The notes beneath the pieces were generated by a model. The model made no database searches. It was given only the letters and a program-made list of their open reading frames with translations, and was not told where the DNA came from. Shown here one piece after another: positions 9,883 to 19,900 of a stretch of 64,000 nucleotides of DNA; the stretch's first letter is position 1, and each line of letters opens with the position of its first letter. A program made the position numbers and the translations under genes. Origin of the DNA: a virus; IMG/VR virus record IMGVR_UViG_3300036985_002638, positions 1 through 64,000 of that record; one strand, written 5' to 3'.

Positions 9883-10728
9883 ATGCCAACTAAAAAACAA
9901 ATCATAGACGATATTTTAATTTTAGCTGAAAGATTTTCTCGAACTGATGAATCTAGGATTGATGAAGATTGGGTTGGATATAAAGTAGAGCAAGCAAGAG
10001 TTTCGGAAATTCTTAAAGAATACAACATTACTAAGGTTATTGACCAAAATTGGTTAGTTGACTTTGGTATTCACTCGTTAACTAAGGTTAATTTCTCAGA
10101 TGATCCAAACGTAGACTTCTGTAATTGTGATATTATGAAGGCTATAATACCTGAAGTAATCAATTTAACTTACTTAGGAGACGGAAACTTAGATTTAGGA
10201 TTAAGAGTTATATCTGCTTGCGGAAAGACTACTTACACTTTCTATCCTATTGAAACGTGGAGAATGATACCTAAAGAACACGTTAGAAGTATGTTTCATT
10301 ACTATCAAAGATTCGGCACTACTATTTATGTTAATAAAATTGTGCAAAACCTAAGATTTTTTGGAATACCTACTACAACAGAAGGATTAATGATTAAGAA
10401 AACATTACCTGTTATTAGTGGTGGAATTAAATCAGGTTATTCATATACAGTAAAAGGAACAACAGGATTAGTAGTTTACGATGGAGTTAATTATTTACCT
10501 AATGATACGTTCACAGGAACGGCTACAACTACTTTTACAGCTAGCGGAAACTCACAAGTATTCTATACTAACTATGAAGTAGAAATGACTGAGAATGACC
10601 CATATCCTGTATCAGCGCACTTAGCTAGACAAATTGTAATATCTATCTTAACTACTGAGTTTCAGATAGAGAAACAGCAAGTGATGGATGTTTTAAATGA
10701 TTCGGCGGATGATGTGGTAACTAAATGA
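9883..10728 (+). CDS. Tail ring/structural protein (crAss-like)
   Basis: 281 aa; C-terminal DPYPVSAHL...DVLNDSAD resembles crAss-like ring proteins; precedes tail genes. Confidence 0.55.
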   Translation: MPTKKQIIDDILILAERFSRTDESRIDEDWVGYKVEQARVSEILKEYNITKVIDQNWLVDFGIHSLTKVNFSDDPNVDFCNCDIMKAIIPEVINLTYLGDGNLDLGLRVISACGKTTYTFYPIETWRMIPKEHVRSMFHYYQRFGTTIYVNKIVQNLRFFGIPTTTEGLMIKKTLPVISGGIKSGYSYTVKGTTGLVVYDGVNYLPNDTFTGTATTTFTASGNSQVFYTNYEVEMTENDPYPVSAHLARQIVISILTTEFQIEKQQVMDVLNDSADDVVTK

Positions 10729-11186
10729 AGAAATTAGTAGATAAGAAATTAGGAGAGTGGTCAACTCCAAGAGTACATGGATTGATTAAGAGGGACTTTA
10801 AAAGAAGGTTTAAACAAAAGATAACTACAAAGGATATTAACGATATTTGGAATAGTTACATAGAAGAGGAGATATTGAACAACTTAAAAATAGGAGCGAT
10901 TATAAACTTAGATAATCAAACTAAAATTTGGGTTAAAGCGACAAAAACAACAGACAGTAAAAGAATGATGTCGTTACTAGAGAAAGGATTAACGTATGTC
11001 GGAGGACGAGTAACAAAAGCTAAGTTAAATTTAAGTAGTTCTAAGTATATTTACAAGATAGTATTAGAAACTAAGAGATATAAAAAAAACAAACAGATAT
11101 TTTTTAAATCACACCAAGATTTAAGAGATGCTGTTACAGAAGGAATTAAAAAAGGAACATTAATAACTAGATTAAAATGTCAATAA
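10725..11186 (+). CDS. Basic HU/IHF-like DNA-binding protein
   Basis: 153 aa, very basic; same position before the tail tubular gene as the IHF-like gene of crAss-like phages. Confidence 0.45.
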   Translation: MKKLVDKKLGEWSTPRVHGLIKRDFKRRFKQKITTKDINDIWNSYIEEEILNNLKIGAIINLDNQTKIWVKATKTTDSKRMMSLLEKGLTYVGGRVTKAKLNLSSSKYIYKIVLETKRYKKNKQIFFKSHQDLRDAVTEGIKKGTLITRLKCQ

Positions 11187-11908
11187 ACAGATTAATATCA
11201 ATAAACAATCCTATAATTAATGCAATGGATTTGGCGGCGGTTGACCACGCTAATCACAGACCATTATTTATGACTTGGGCTTACCAAGCAGAAAAGGAAA
11301 TAGGAAGTTACTATCAATACGAAAGACAATGGAAAGTTATTGATGTTTGCGGATGCACAGCACAACTACCTGATAATGCTATTAAGGTAGAAGGTGCTAT
11401 CTTAGGAAGTCACGATGTTAATTGTGGAAGTATATTTGCTAGAACATTTAGTAATCCAATAGTTAACGCTTCATTATCAGCGGATAATACTTTCTTAATA
11501 GTTGATACAGGAGTATCTGAAACTACAAGTGGATGCGGAATAGTGCCATACCATTTTCAGAATAATAAAATGATATTTGATGTAGAATTACATAACGATA
11601 AAGTAACTGTTCAGTACATAGGATATAAGGTTGATTGTGATGGATTTATGGAGATAGGAGAAAATCACGTAGAAGCTATTACTCAATTCATATTGTATAA
11701 TTGGTGTATGAGAAGAAAAGACACTAAAATGATGCAATGGCACTATACACAATGGGATAGACTATGCGCTCATTCAAGAGCTTTAGATGCTGAGTTATCA
11801 GAAACAGATAGAGAAGAGATTGCAAGATTATACCATGACCCTTATTCAGGTCGTGGATTATGGGTAGGAATGAATATAAACAATACTTATGGCAGGTTCA
11901 GTTATTAA
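11177..11908 (+). CDS. Tail tubular protein (P22 gp4-like / crAss ring)
   Basis: 243 aa directly upstream of the muzzle gene; V.VQY.GY.VDCDGF..I...EAI..FI pattern. Confidence 0.6.
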   Translation: MSINRLISINNPIINAMDLAAVDHANHRPLFMTWAYQAEKEIGSYYQYERQWKVIDVCGCTAQLPDNAIKVEGAILGSHDVNCGSIFARTFSNPIVNASLSADNTFLIVDTGVSETTSGCGIVPYHFQNNKMIFDVELHNDKVTVQYIGYKVDCDGFMEIGENHVEAITQFILYNWCMRRKDTKMMQWHYTQWDRLCAHSRALDAELSETDREEIARLYHDPYSGRGLWVGMNINNTYGRFSY

Positions 11909-14900
11909 TACATTTGACAAAGGACTTCATCAAGATAGTTCTTTTATATTACAGCCTGACGGCACATATCGAAACATGAAAAACGGTATGCTTATTTCTT
12001 ATGACGGTAATCACTACACTGTAGAGATGACTAAAGGGAATAGAGTTTTACTTACTTTAACTCCAAGATATTCTGAGGATGTAGATAATTTAGATTTAGA
12101 GCCTATGCCAATAGGTTTTGTTTCTTTTATAGATAAGTTAGTTGTATTCTCTACTAATAGCGAAACAACTACTGGATACGGAGAAATAGGAGTTATTTCA
12201 TTTACTAGAAGTGGGGTTGATTTTGTTGGTACTTATGTGCCATATTATCACCATATTAATTTAAACTTTACTAAGATTCATAAGATAGAAGGATTTTCTT
12301 TTAGAGAGAATGATAAAAATCAACGCGTATATTGGACTGATAATTTTAACGAACCAAGGGTATTTGATATTGCTAATCCTATTTTTACAAATTATATAGC
12401 TAGTGGTTCTCTAGTAGTAGGCACTCAGTACATGGTACTACAAGGTTGTATTATTTATGATTCTGACGAGTATGGTCCAACTGATGAAAGCGGAACTATA
12501 TTAGGTAACATATTCACCGCTACAATAGCAGGAGGAACAACTTATGGAGTTTCTGATGGTTCGCCATTAGTAATTGAATACTATCCATTATCTTTATTAG
12601 ATTGGTCTCCAAGTAGACTGTTAGGTAATATTGAGTTTAAAGAATATGGTATAGGAGATAAGTATTGCGGAAGCCACATTTACTTCTATAGATTATCTAA
12701 TTCTTATGATGGCGTAGTTACATCTTGGAGTTACGCTAGTACACCTATTCATGTAGGTATGGATAATTCGGCTGCTTATTTAACAGGAAATGCTTATAGA
12801 GATTTTGTAGGTAATGGAAGCGCGACAACTCTTGCGAATAGCGGTAAGTCTGTAAAGTTAAATATAACTGATATTGACACTGATTTTGATACTATTGAGA
12901 TAGCTTGTGCTGAGTTTACGCAATCAGAGGATGTTCCATATAGAATTATTATAACTAATAAAGAAGCTGTAACAGGTTCGACTATGACAATAGAAGATAA
13001 AGGTTCAGTTAATTTAGGAACGGTTACGATTAGCGATTTAACATTGTTTCCTGCAAGTATTTTAAAGTGTAAAACAATAAATACAAATAAGAATTACAGT
13101 ATTATAGCTAACATAACAGAGAGAGAAGAGTTTGATTTAGATTTAAGTGGAGTGGCTATTACTCAGTTTCAATATCCTTTAGTATCTCATGGAGATTTGA
13201 ATTTATGTTCTAATTGTAATATTCCTGCTGATGTAAGCCCTCCATTAACAGGAAATCCTACACTAGCTGGGCAAGTGTTGCCGTACTCAAGATGGTTAGT
13301 TACGTTTGGTAATTTAACTACAGATACAGTTATATATGAAGGTATATACTATGTTACGGGAGAGGTTATTGTTGGAGGTTCTATTTGGTCTATAATGTTA
13401 TTTACAGGAACAGCATCAGTAAGACCATGTACAACTAAAAATAAATATACAGTTACTAACCCATCTTCTTCTGATGTAGGAAAAAGACGAGAAGATGCTA
13501 TACAATTAACAACAGGATTTTGGGATTATAAAGACCCTGCTGTAGCATCTCATAATAAAGGATATTGGAGTGGAGAAAAATATAGATTTGGAATTTTGTT
13601 TTTTGACTTAAAAGGTAATCCATTCTATGTAAAATATATAAAAGGAGACCCAACAACTTTTGACTACACTTTTGATACTATTCCTGATAAAGGAGGATTA
13701 ATGAGAAAAGATGCCATATTTGGAACAACTCCTACTCAATACTCTTACGCATTAAATACGTCTGGAATTAATGTAAGTGGATTAGATATACCTGAGTCAG
13801 TAATGAATCAAGTTAGTGGGTTTAGTATCGTAAGAGCAGAACGAGATCCTATTGCAATTACGCAAGGATTATTGATGCAAAGTGTATATAGTAATTTGCT
13901 CGGTTTTAATTCTGTTATGCCATTAGGTATATGTAGAACAGACTATAGTATTTTACCTATGTATCAAGTTGGAGATGGATATTATATTTACTCTGTATTA
14001 TCGCCTGATATACAAACTGGATATTCTTTTCCTTCTGCGGTTAAAATTGGAGATAATTTAAAAGAAGCTTGTTGGTTAGACGGAACTCAATTAAAAACAG
14101 ATACTCAAAAAAGAGTAATGTTTACTAAATTATTTAATATGCCTGTCGGAAGCTTTGGTACAGGAAAAGATGCTAGTTCTCCAAGAACTTTGCCGCTTAA
14201 ATCAATGAATGGAAATGCTGTTTATAATTTTGATGAGAATAATGGAGCTGGAGGTTTTTTAGGAACAAGTGTTGATTATAGAAATAGATATTCTAACGTA
14301 AACGAGACATTAGTAACACTTAATTATGATTCTATTTGTGGCGTAACACCTTTTGACCCAGGCTATGATATTTTATCTGTTGGGTGTAAAAAGCAAATAA
14401 TTAAATCTCAATTTAATCACTTTGATGCTTTAACAGATTATAACGCTACTGCTAATACGTCTAACTATAACAAGATGTTAGCTAACTTTATAACAGATAC
14501 AGACCCTTCTAATCTTTATGGAGGAGTAAATGAAGCCGCTATAGCAAATACACTGTATATGTCTTGTGGTCACTTTCAGCCTATTAATACACAAGTTAAA
14601 GCAGATACTTTAAACGGTACGTTTGCTTCAGGAATTTACGCAGGAGAAAATAAATATACTTTTAATGATATAGAGGTGTTCGGCGGAGATTGCTTTACAA
14701 ATCTTATTGATTTAGGATATGGATTATGGGATGAAGCATTTGAAACTAGCGACAATGCTATGTCTTATGCTTTATGGTTTCCATGCGAAGGTAACGTGAA
14801 TTATAATTTAAGAAGAGGACAAAAGGTATCGAATAAGAATATGTTTCCTTCTTCGGGAGCTACAGGCATAGGATGGTTTGATTCATCTTTATCTCCTACG

Positions 14901-16334
14901 ACACAATTAGAATCTTATAGTTATAACAAAGCATATACTACCGATGGTAATTTTATTAAATATCCGTCACTACCACTTAATTATAAATTTTCAGGAAACT
15001 TTGATTATAGAATAAGATGGAGTCAATACAAAAATCCTGGAGAGTTAATAGATTCATTTCGTGTATTTAGAATACCTGATTACAGAGATGTAGATGGACA
15101 GCGCGGACAAATCAATAACCTTAAAGCTAGAGATTCTAAACTATTCTATTGGCAAGACCACTCAGTAGGCTACACTCCAATCTTAGAACGTCAATTAGTT
15201 GGAGGAAGCGCTTTAGGAGATGCTACTGCATTAGGTGTAACAGGAGTTATTGATAGATATGATGATATAGATACTAACTTTGGAAATCAACACCAACATG
15301 GACTAACTGAAACAGAATATGGTTTCGCTTGGTTTGATATGCGTAGAAGAGCATTTATGGTAATGGGTATTGGAAGTAAGCCTGAAGAAATGTCTATGGT
15401 TAAAGGATTACAAGTATTTTTTAATAATGAGTTTAATGAAGGTAATGTATTCTATCCTAACAGTTATTCAGCTATTTATAATACTAATAACTTAGGGATA
15501 CCTGAAGTTCCATTACAAGGATATGGTATAGTGGGAGTATATGACCCTACATTTAAAATGACTTATTTAACTTTTAAATACGCTAAGAGAGATTTAGATG
15601 TAAATGATAATGAATTATTTGTAAATAGAGATTTTACATTAGGCTATAATCATGTATTAAATGCTTTTGTAGCTTTTACAGATTGTACTCCTGCGATATG
15701 GCATAATCATAATGATTTAGTATTAACAGCTAATAATCCTAAGAATACTAAAGCTTATAATACAGATATGCCATCTACGAGTTATGTAATTGGAGATACG
15801 GTGTTAGTTGGTAATGTAGAGTATATATGTGTTAATGATGTAACTATAACTTCATATCCAGGTACATTGACTGCAATAACAGGAACTAATCCATTAGCAC
15901 CAAGTAGTAATTCATGGTTAGCTATTAATAAGACTAACGAGATTTACTTACAAAACTTTGGAGCTGACTTATGCAAGTTCTATGGTAAGGTATGGACGCA
16001 TGAATTATCAATAGTAGTAAATGCTAAGAGTGATATGGCTGTTTCGGCGCAAAACATTCAATTTAAAACTATTGGCCCTAATTGGACTGACTTAGTAGCT
16101 ACTACTGATGACCAAACAGCAAGTGATATAAATATACCAACTACTAGCAGAAATTATAGATGGATAGATAAAGCTTGGTTTTCAAGCCTACCATTACCTA
16201 GTAACGGAAGGTTAACAGATTATTATGTGAAATTAAACTTCTCTTATAAGAATTATGTAACTAATCCAACTGTAGCTAAAAACATACAAAAGGTATCGCA
16301 GTGGTTAAAGACTTTTTTCGTGAGTAGAAGATAA
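11889..16334 (+). CDS. Tail stabilisation / muzzle protein (P22 gp10-like, crAss-like)
   Basis: 1481 aa; N-terminal NTFDKGLHQD, VYWTDNFNEPR, YRFGILFFD..GN, VFGGDCF and YFDMRR-like motifs. Confidence 0.75.
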   Translation: MAGSVINTFDKGLHQDSSFILQPDGTYRNMKNGMLISYDGNHYTVEMTKGNRVLLTLTPRYSEDVDNLDLEPMPIGFVSFIDKLVVFSTNSETTTGYGEIGVISFTRSGVDFVGTYVPYYHHINLNFTKIHKIEGFSFRENDKNQRVYWTDNFNEPRVFDIANPIFTNYIASGSLVVGTQYMVLQGCIIYDSDEYGPTDESGTILGNIFTATIAGGTTYGVSDGSPLVIEYYPLSLLDWSPSRLLGNIEFKEYGIGDKYCGSHIYFYRLSNSYDGVVTSWSYASTPIHVGMDNSAAYLTGNAYRDFVGNGSATTLANSGKSVKLNITDIDTDFDTIEIACAEFTQSEDVPYRIIITNKEAVTGSTMTIEDKGSVNLGTVTISDLTLFPASILKCKTINTNKNYSIIANITEREEFDLDLSGVAITQFQYPLVSHGDLNLCSNCNIPADVSPPLTGNPTLAGQVLPYSRWLVTFGNLTTDTVIYEGIYYVTGEVIVGGSIWSIMLFTGTASVRPCTTKNKYTVTNPSSSDVGKRREDAIQLTTGFWDYKDPAVASHNKGYWSGEKYRFGILFFDLKGNPFYVKYIKGDPTTFDYTFDTIPDKGGLMRKDAIFGTTPTQYSYALNTSGINVSGLDIPESVMNQVSGFSIVRAERDPIAITQGLLMQSVYSNLLGFNSVMPLGICRTDYSILPMYQVGDGYYIYSVLSPDIQTGYSFPSAVKIGDNLKEACWLDGTQLKTDTQKRVMFTKLFNMPVGSFGTGKDASSPRTLPLKSMNGNAVYNFDENNGAGGFLGTSVDYRNRYSNVNETLVTLNYDSICGVTPFDPGYDILSVGCKKQIIKSQFNHFDALTDYNATANTSNYNKMLANFITDTDPSNLYGGVNEAAIANTLYMSCGHFQPINTQVKADTLNGTFASGIYAGENKYTFNDIEVFGGDCFTNLIDLGYGLWDEAFETSDNAMSYALWFPCEGNVNYNLRRGQKVSNKNMFPSSGATGIGWFDSSLSPTTQLESYSYNKAYTTDGNFIKYPSLPLNYKFSGNFDYRIRWSQYKNPGELIDSFRVFRIPDYRDVDGQRGQINNLKARDSKLFYWQDHSVGYTPILERQLVGGSALGDATALGVTGVIDRYDDIDTNFGNQHQHGLTETEYGFAWFDMRRRAFMVMGIGSKPEEMSMVKGLQVFFNNEFNEGNVFYPNSYSAIYNTNNLGIPEVPLQGYGIVGVYDPTFKMTYLTFKYAKRDLDVNDNELFVNRDFTLGYNHVLNAFVAFTDCTPAIWHNHNDLVLTANNPKNTKAYNTDMPSTSYVIGDTVLVGNVEYICVNDVTITSYPGTLTAITGTNPLAPSSNSWLAINKTNEIYLQNFGADLCKFYGKVWTHELSIVVNAKSDMAVSAQNIQFKTIGPNWTDLVATTDDQTASDINIPTTSRNYRWIDKAWFSSLPLPSNGRLTDYYVKLNFSYKNYVTNPTVAKNIQKVSQWLKTFFVSRR

Positions 16335-16356
16335 ATAACTCAAAGTTGAATTATTT

Positions 16357-16386
16357 TGTAACCTTTTATGGATAACTACCGTACAA
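16357..16386 (+). promoter_or_regulatory. ECF-sigma-type promoter GTAACC-N15/16-(C/A)GTwTAA (first of 14 copies)
   Basis: TGTAACC-16 nt-CGTACAA; all copies lie just upstream of and co-oriented with the downstream ORF. Confidence 0.7.
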
Positions 16387-16417
16387 GTACTTTATAAACC
16401 AATTAATATTAGAAATT

Positions 16418-16927
16418 ATGGAAGCTATTAAATCTCGTAGAACAAACATTTTTGTTTTATTATTATCAGTAGGGTTTTTATTTTTGGCTGGATGTGCTTT
16501 TGCACAATCTATGGAAATAGAAAGATATTCTAGTTATAATTCTTACTACAAGAAAAGTATAATTACAAAATATCCTTCTTATAATTTAGAGTTTGTTGAC
16601 GGAAAAGATACTACTTATTTTTCCGTTTTCTCTGACAGTATCCGCGCAGGTCATTACGGAGTTAGATTGTACGCTTATTTCTCTAAGACTACAGATTTAA
16701 ACAACTCTATTATAAAAATAGGATTTGAGGATGGTAGTGAAGATTATATTGCTGCATTTGAAATAGATCATAAGTTGAGTTATGTTGAATATGCTATTCC
16801 TCAAAACGTGTTTAATAAATTATTTAGATTTAAAGTTGTTTCAGTTCAGTTTAATTACAGAGATAAGATTAATAAAATAGAAGATTCTTTATATTTCTTT
16901 GCTTTTTTAAGTCGAGCAGCTCGTTAG
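16418..16927 (+). CDS. Exported protein with signal peptide, moron-like insertion in the tail operon
   Basis: N-terminal basic plus hydrophobic segment ending AFA-Q; has its own promoter motif and palindrome. Confidence 0.6.
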   Translation: MEAIKSRRTNIFVLLLSVGFLFLAGCAFAQSMEIERYSSYNSYYKKSIITKYPSYNLEFVDGKDTTYFSVFSDSIRAGHYGVRLYAYFSKTTDLNNSIIKIGFEDGSEDYIAAFEIDHKLSYVEYAIPQNVFNKLFRFKVVSVQFNYRDKINKIEDSLYFFAFLSRAAR

Positions 16928-16974
16928 AAGTATTATTAAAATATGTATTTTTGTTTGTATAAAACATAAATACC

Positions 16975-19900
16975 ATGCCTGAAGATAAAGGAAAAAGTGT
17001 TAAAGCACCTAAAAGTAAATCTAATGATGATTTTGCTCCTCAATTAGTTAAAAGCAAATCTGAAATACCAAAAAACGCTGTACTTAAAATTGATTCTGAC
17101 GGCGGAGAGTATTGGGAAGTTGAGACTAAGCATGAAGAGACTAAGAAAAAGATGTATCCGCCTTCTAGCGGAAAAAAAAGAACAGGGACTCCAAGAAAAA
17201 AAGACCCTGAAAAGTCTTCTACATTTGGGTCAACTATACAGCGATATAAATTACCTCCTCCAGAAGTAATACCTCCTAAGCAAACAGGTTTGTATGGAGG
17301 TATTAGTACTTATGAAAAAATAGACCCTGCTGCTCAATGGGGAGCTGATTATGGAATAACAACATTTACATTTCCTGATGAGTATGGAAGATATACTAAT
17401 ACATCAAGAACTACAAATATTGATAAAGAGGGAAATGAAATAGCTTACGATTTAGCTAATCCATTAAATAGTTTTAAAGACGGAAAGTTTACTCCAACTC
17501 TTACAGGCAGAACTATTGATGATGTAAGAAACGAATGGTCTCTCGTGGGTATGTCTAAGCCAACGGATTATAGTGGAAATAAAGCTAACCCTGATTATAA
17601 AGGAAGTTTAATGATGCCTGGAACTAAAGCTACAAGAGTAGCTGGTGGTGGCGGCGGAGAGTTTAATCAAAGAAATATCGCAAATGTTCCGAATGCTTTA
17701 GATAAAGTTCCAATAGGATATATTGAACAAAAATACGATACTCAAGGAAATCCTATTGTTACTCCAAATGTAGGAGTTCAAATGGATACAAAAAATATAA
17801 CTCCTTTAAGAAAAGGAGAAATGGAAGTAGGTAGAATGTACAATATAGAGAATCCTATTGAGATTAAAGGTAAGTTTGCTAAAGGTGGTATTGTAAGTAA
17901 GATTAAAGGATATTATGATGGAGGTCCTGTCTACAATCCTAATATGAATATTGATGGAACTTATGGGGACTCAAATAGTTCTTATAAGCCAATAGATACA
18001 TTTGGAAGTGGCGTAGTTGGAATGAATGATCAATATACTGCTCAAAACAATATGCAAGCTAAAAAGGCTATAGATGAAAATAAAAAGAAAGCTAATCAAC
18101 AAAAAGCTAGAAATGTAGCCAATGGAATAGGAGAAGGAATGGGAGGCATAGGTTCAGCTTATTATAATTCACAACCCGCACAAAATGAAGGAGAATCTGC
18201 AAGAAACGCAGGATTAGCAGCCGCTTCTCAAATGGGGCCAATAGGAGGAATGATTGGAGGAATTGCCGCAATAGGAGATAAGATAGGAAAACCTATTAGA
18301 AATAGAAGTGAAAAGGTTGATGCTAGTGGAGAATTACTAGATGAAGGTAAAGCTAAAAGAAATGCTGCTATTGGAATAACTTTTAGTCCATCTAAGAGAT
18401 TAACTTACGAAGGAGGATTAACTGATGTTACAGGACAAAAATACATTGATTCTATTGAAAATAAAACAAAATCTCAGTTAGCTGAAGTAAATGCTGCTAA
18501 CACTGCATCTAAACAACAACAAGCTATACTAGCTAGAAATAACCAAGAAGAGAATCCTACATTAACTAATCCTTATGATTTGACGGGAGCGACATTTGAT
18601 AAAAATCAAAATATGATTTTAGCTGATGGACAACAATTTGATAAAAACCGTCCTATGATGAATAAAGGAGGTATAGTTGGTAAAATCAAAAATATGTATG
18701 CTGACGGCGGAGAAATTAAAGGTAAAGGAACTGCTAAATCAGACAGTATAATGGCTGAAGTAAAAGAAGGTTCATTTGTAGTGCCTGCCGAGAATGCAGA
18801 ATTAGCAAAAGGTATTCGTAAACTATATTTAAAAGCTCCTAATAAAAAAGCTAATCTTAAACAAGAAGAAGGTGAAGCAGTAAAACTATCTAATGGAGAA
18901 CATTTATTTACTCCTGAAGAGAATGAATACTTAGAATCTATTGGTATTGAATTAGAAGATTTAGCTCCTAACTCAGAAGAGAATAATGAAGAGATGATAA
19001 TGGGCGGTATGCTAAAAAGAGCAGATGGCGGTTTAGTTGAAGGAGAGGGAGACCCTTTAATTCCTTATAGCAAATCAATAGTTCCTTTAGTAAACAAAAA
19101 AGATTCTGCGGCTTTTCAAACGGGATACATGGAAGCAAATCCAAGAAATACCATTGTAGATAAATACGGAAATGTAGCTTATCCATCAGGTTTATTAAAG
19201 TCAGGAAGCGAAATGATGAAAGAAGTGTCTGAAAGTAATAAAAAATTCGCATTAGAAATGAATAGTCCAGAAAAAGCTGGAATGTACGCTGCTTATTTAG
19301 CTAATCAAGAAAAGTATAAAAAAGGAGTAAGCGCAGGCATGAATTTGACTAATCAAGATGTTATAGATATTGCTAAAGATAAAATAGAAGGTTACTCTTT
19401 CCCTATTGACCGATTATCTCCTGTAGACCAAAAAAGAATCCAAAAAGCGATGGTAGACCTTGGCACATCAAAAAAAGCAGATGGCGGTAAGATTATGGCT
19501 CCTAAAATTAAAAAATATGCCGCAGGTGGAGATGTTGTTGATGGAGAACCTGAAATTAAAACTTCTAAAATAGAAGGCAGAAGAAACTCTACTGGAAATA
19601 AGGATTTTGATACTCAAATAGATGAATTATCTAAAAAAGAGTATTCTAAAGTAGAAGACGTTAAAAGTGATATAGATAAATTACAGAGCTTACAAGAAAA
19701 ATATAGTTCATTGTATGGAAAAAATAGCGAAGAGATAGCTCTTACTATTCAGAAATTACATAAAACCGTTCCTGTTGTTGAAAAAAATGAAAGTAATTAT
19801 AAAAGAGATTCTGAAATAAATAAAAATATAGAACTTGATAAAAAAGAGTTAAAAGAAATGGGTGCTAGCGATGCTCAGATTAAAGAGTATGAAACCGAGG

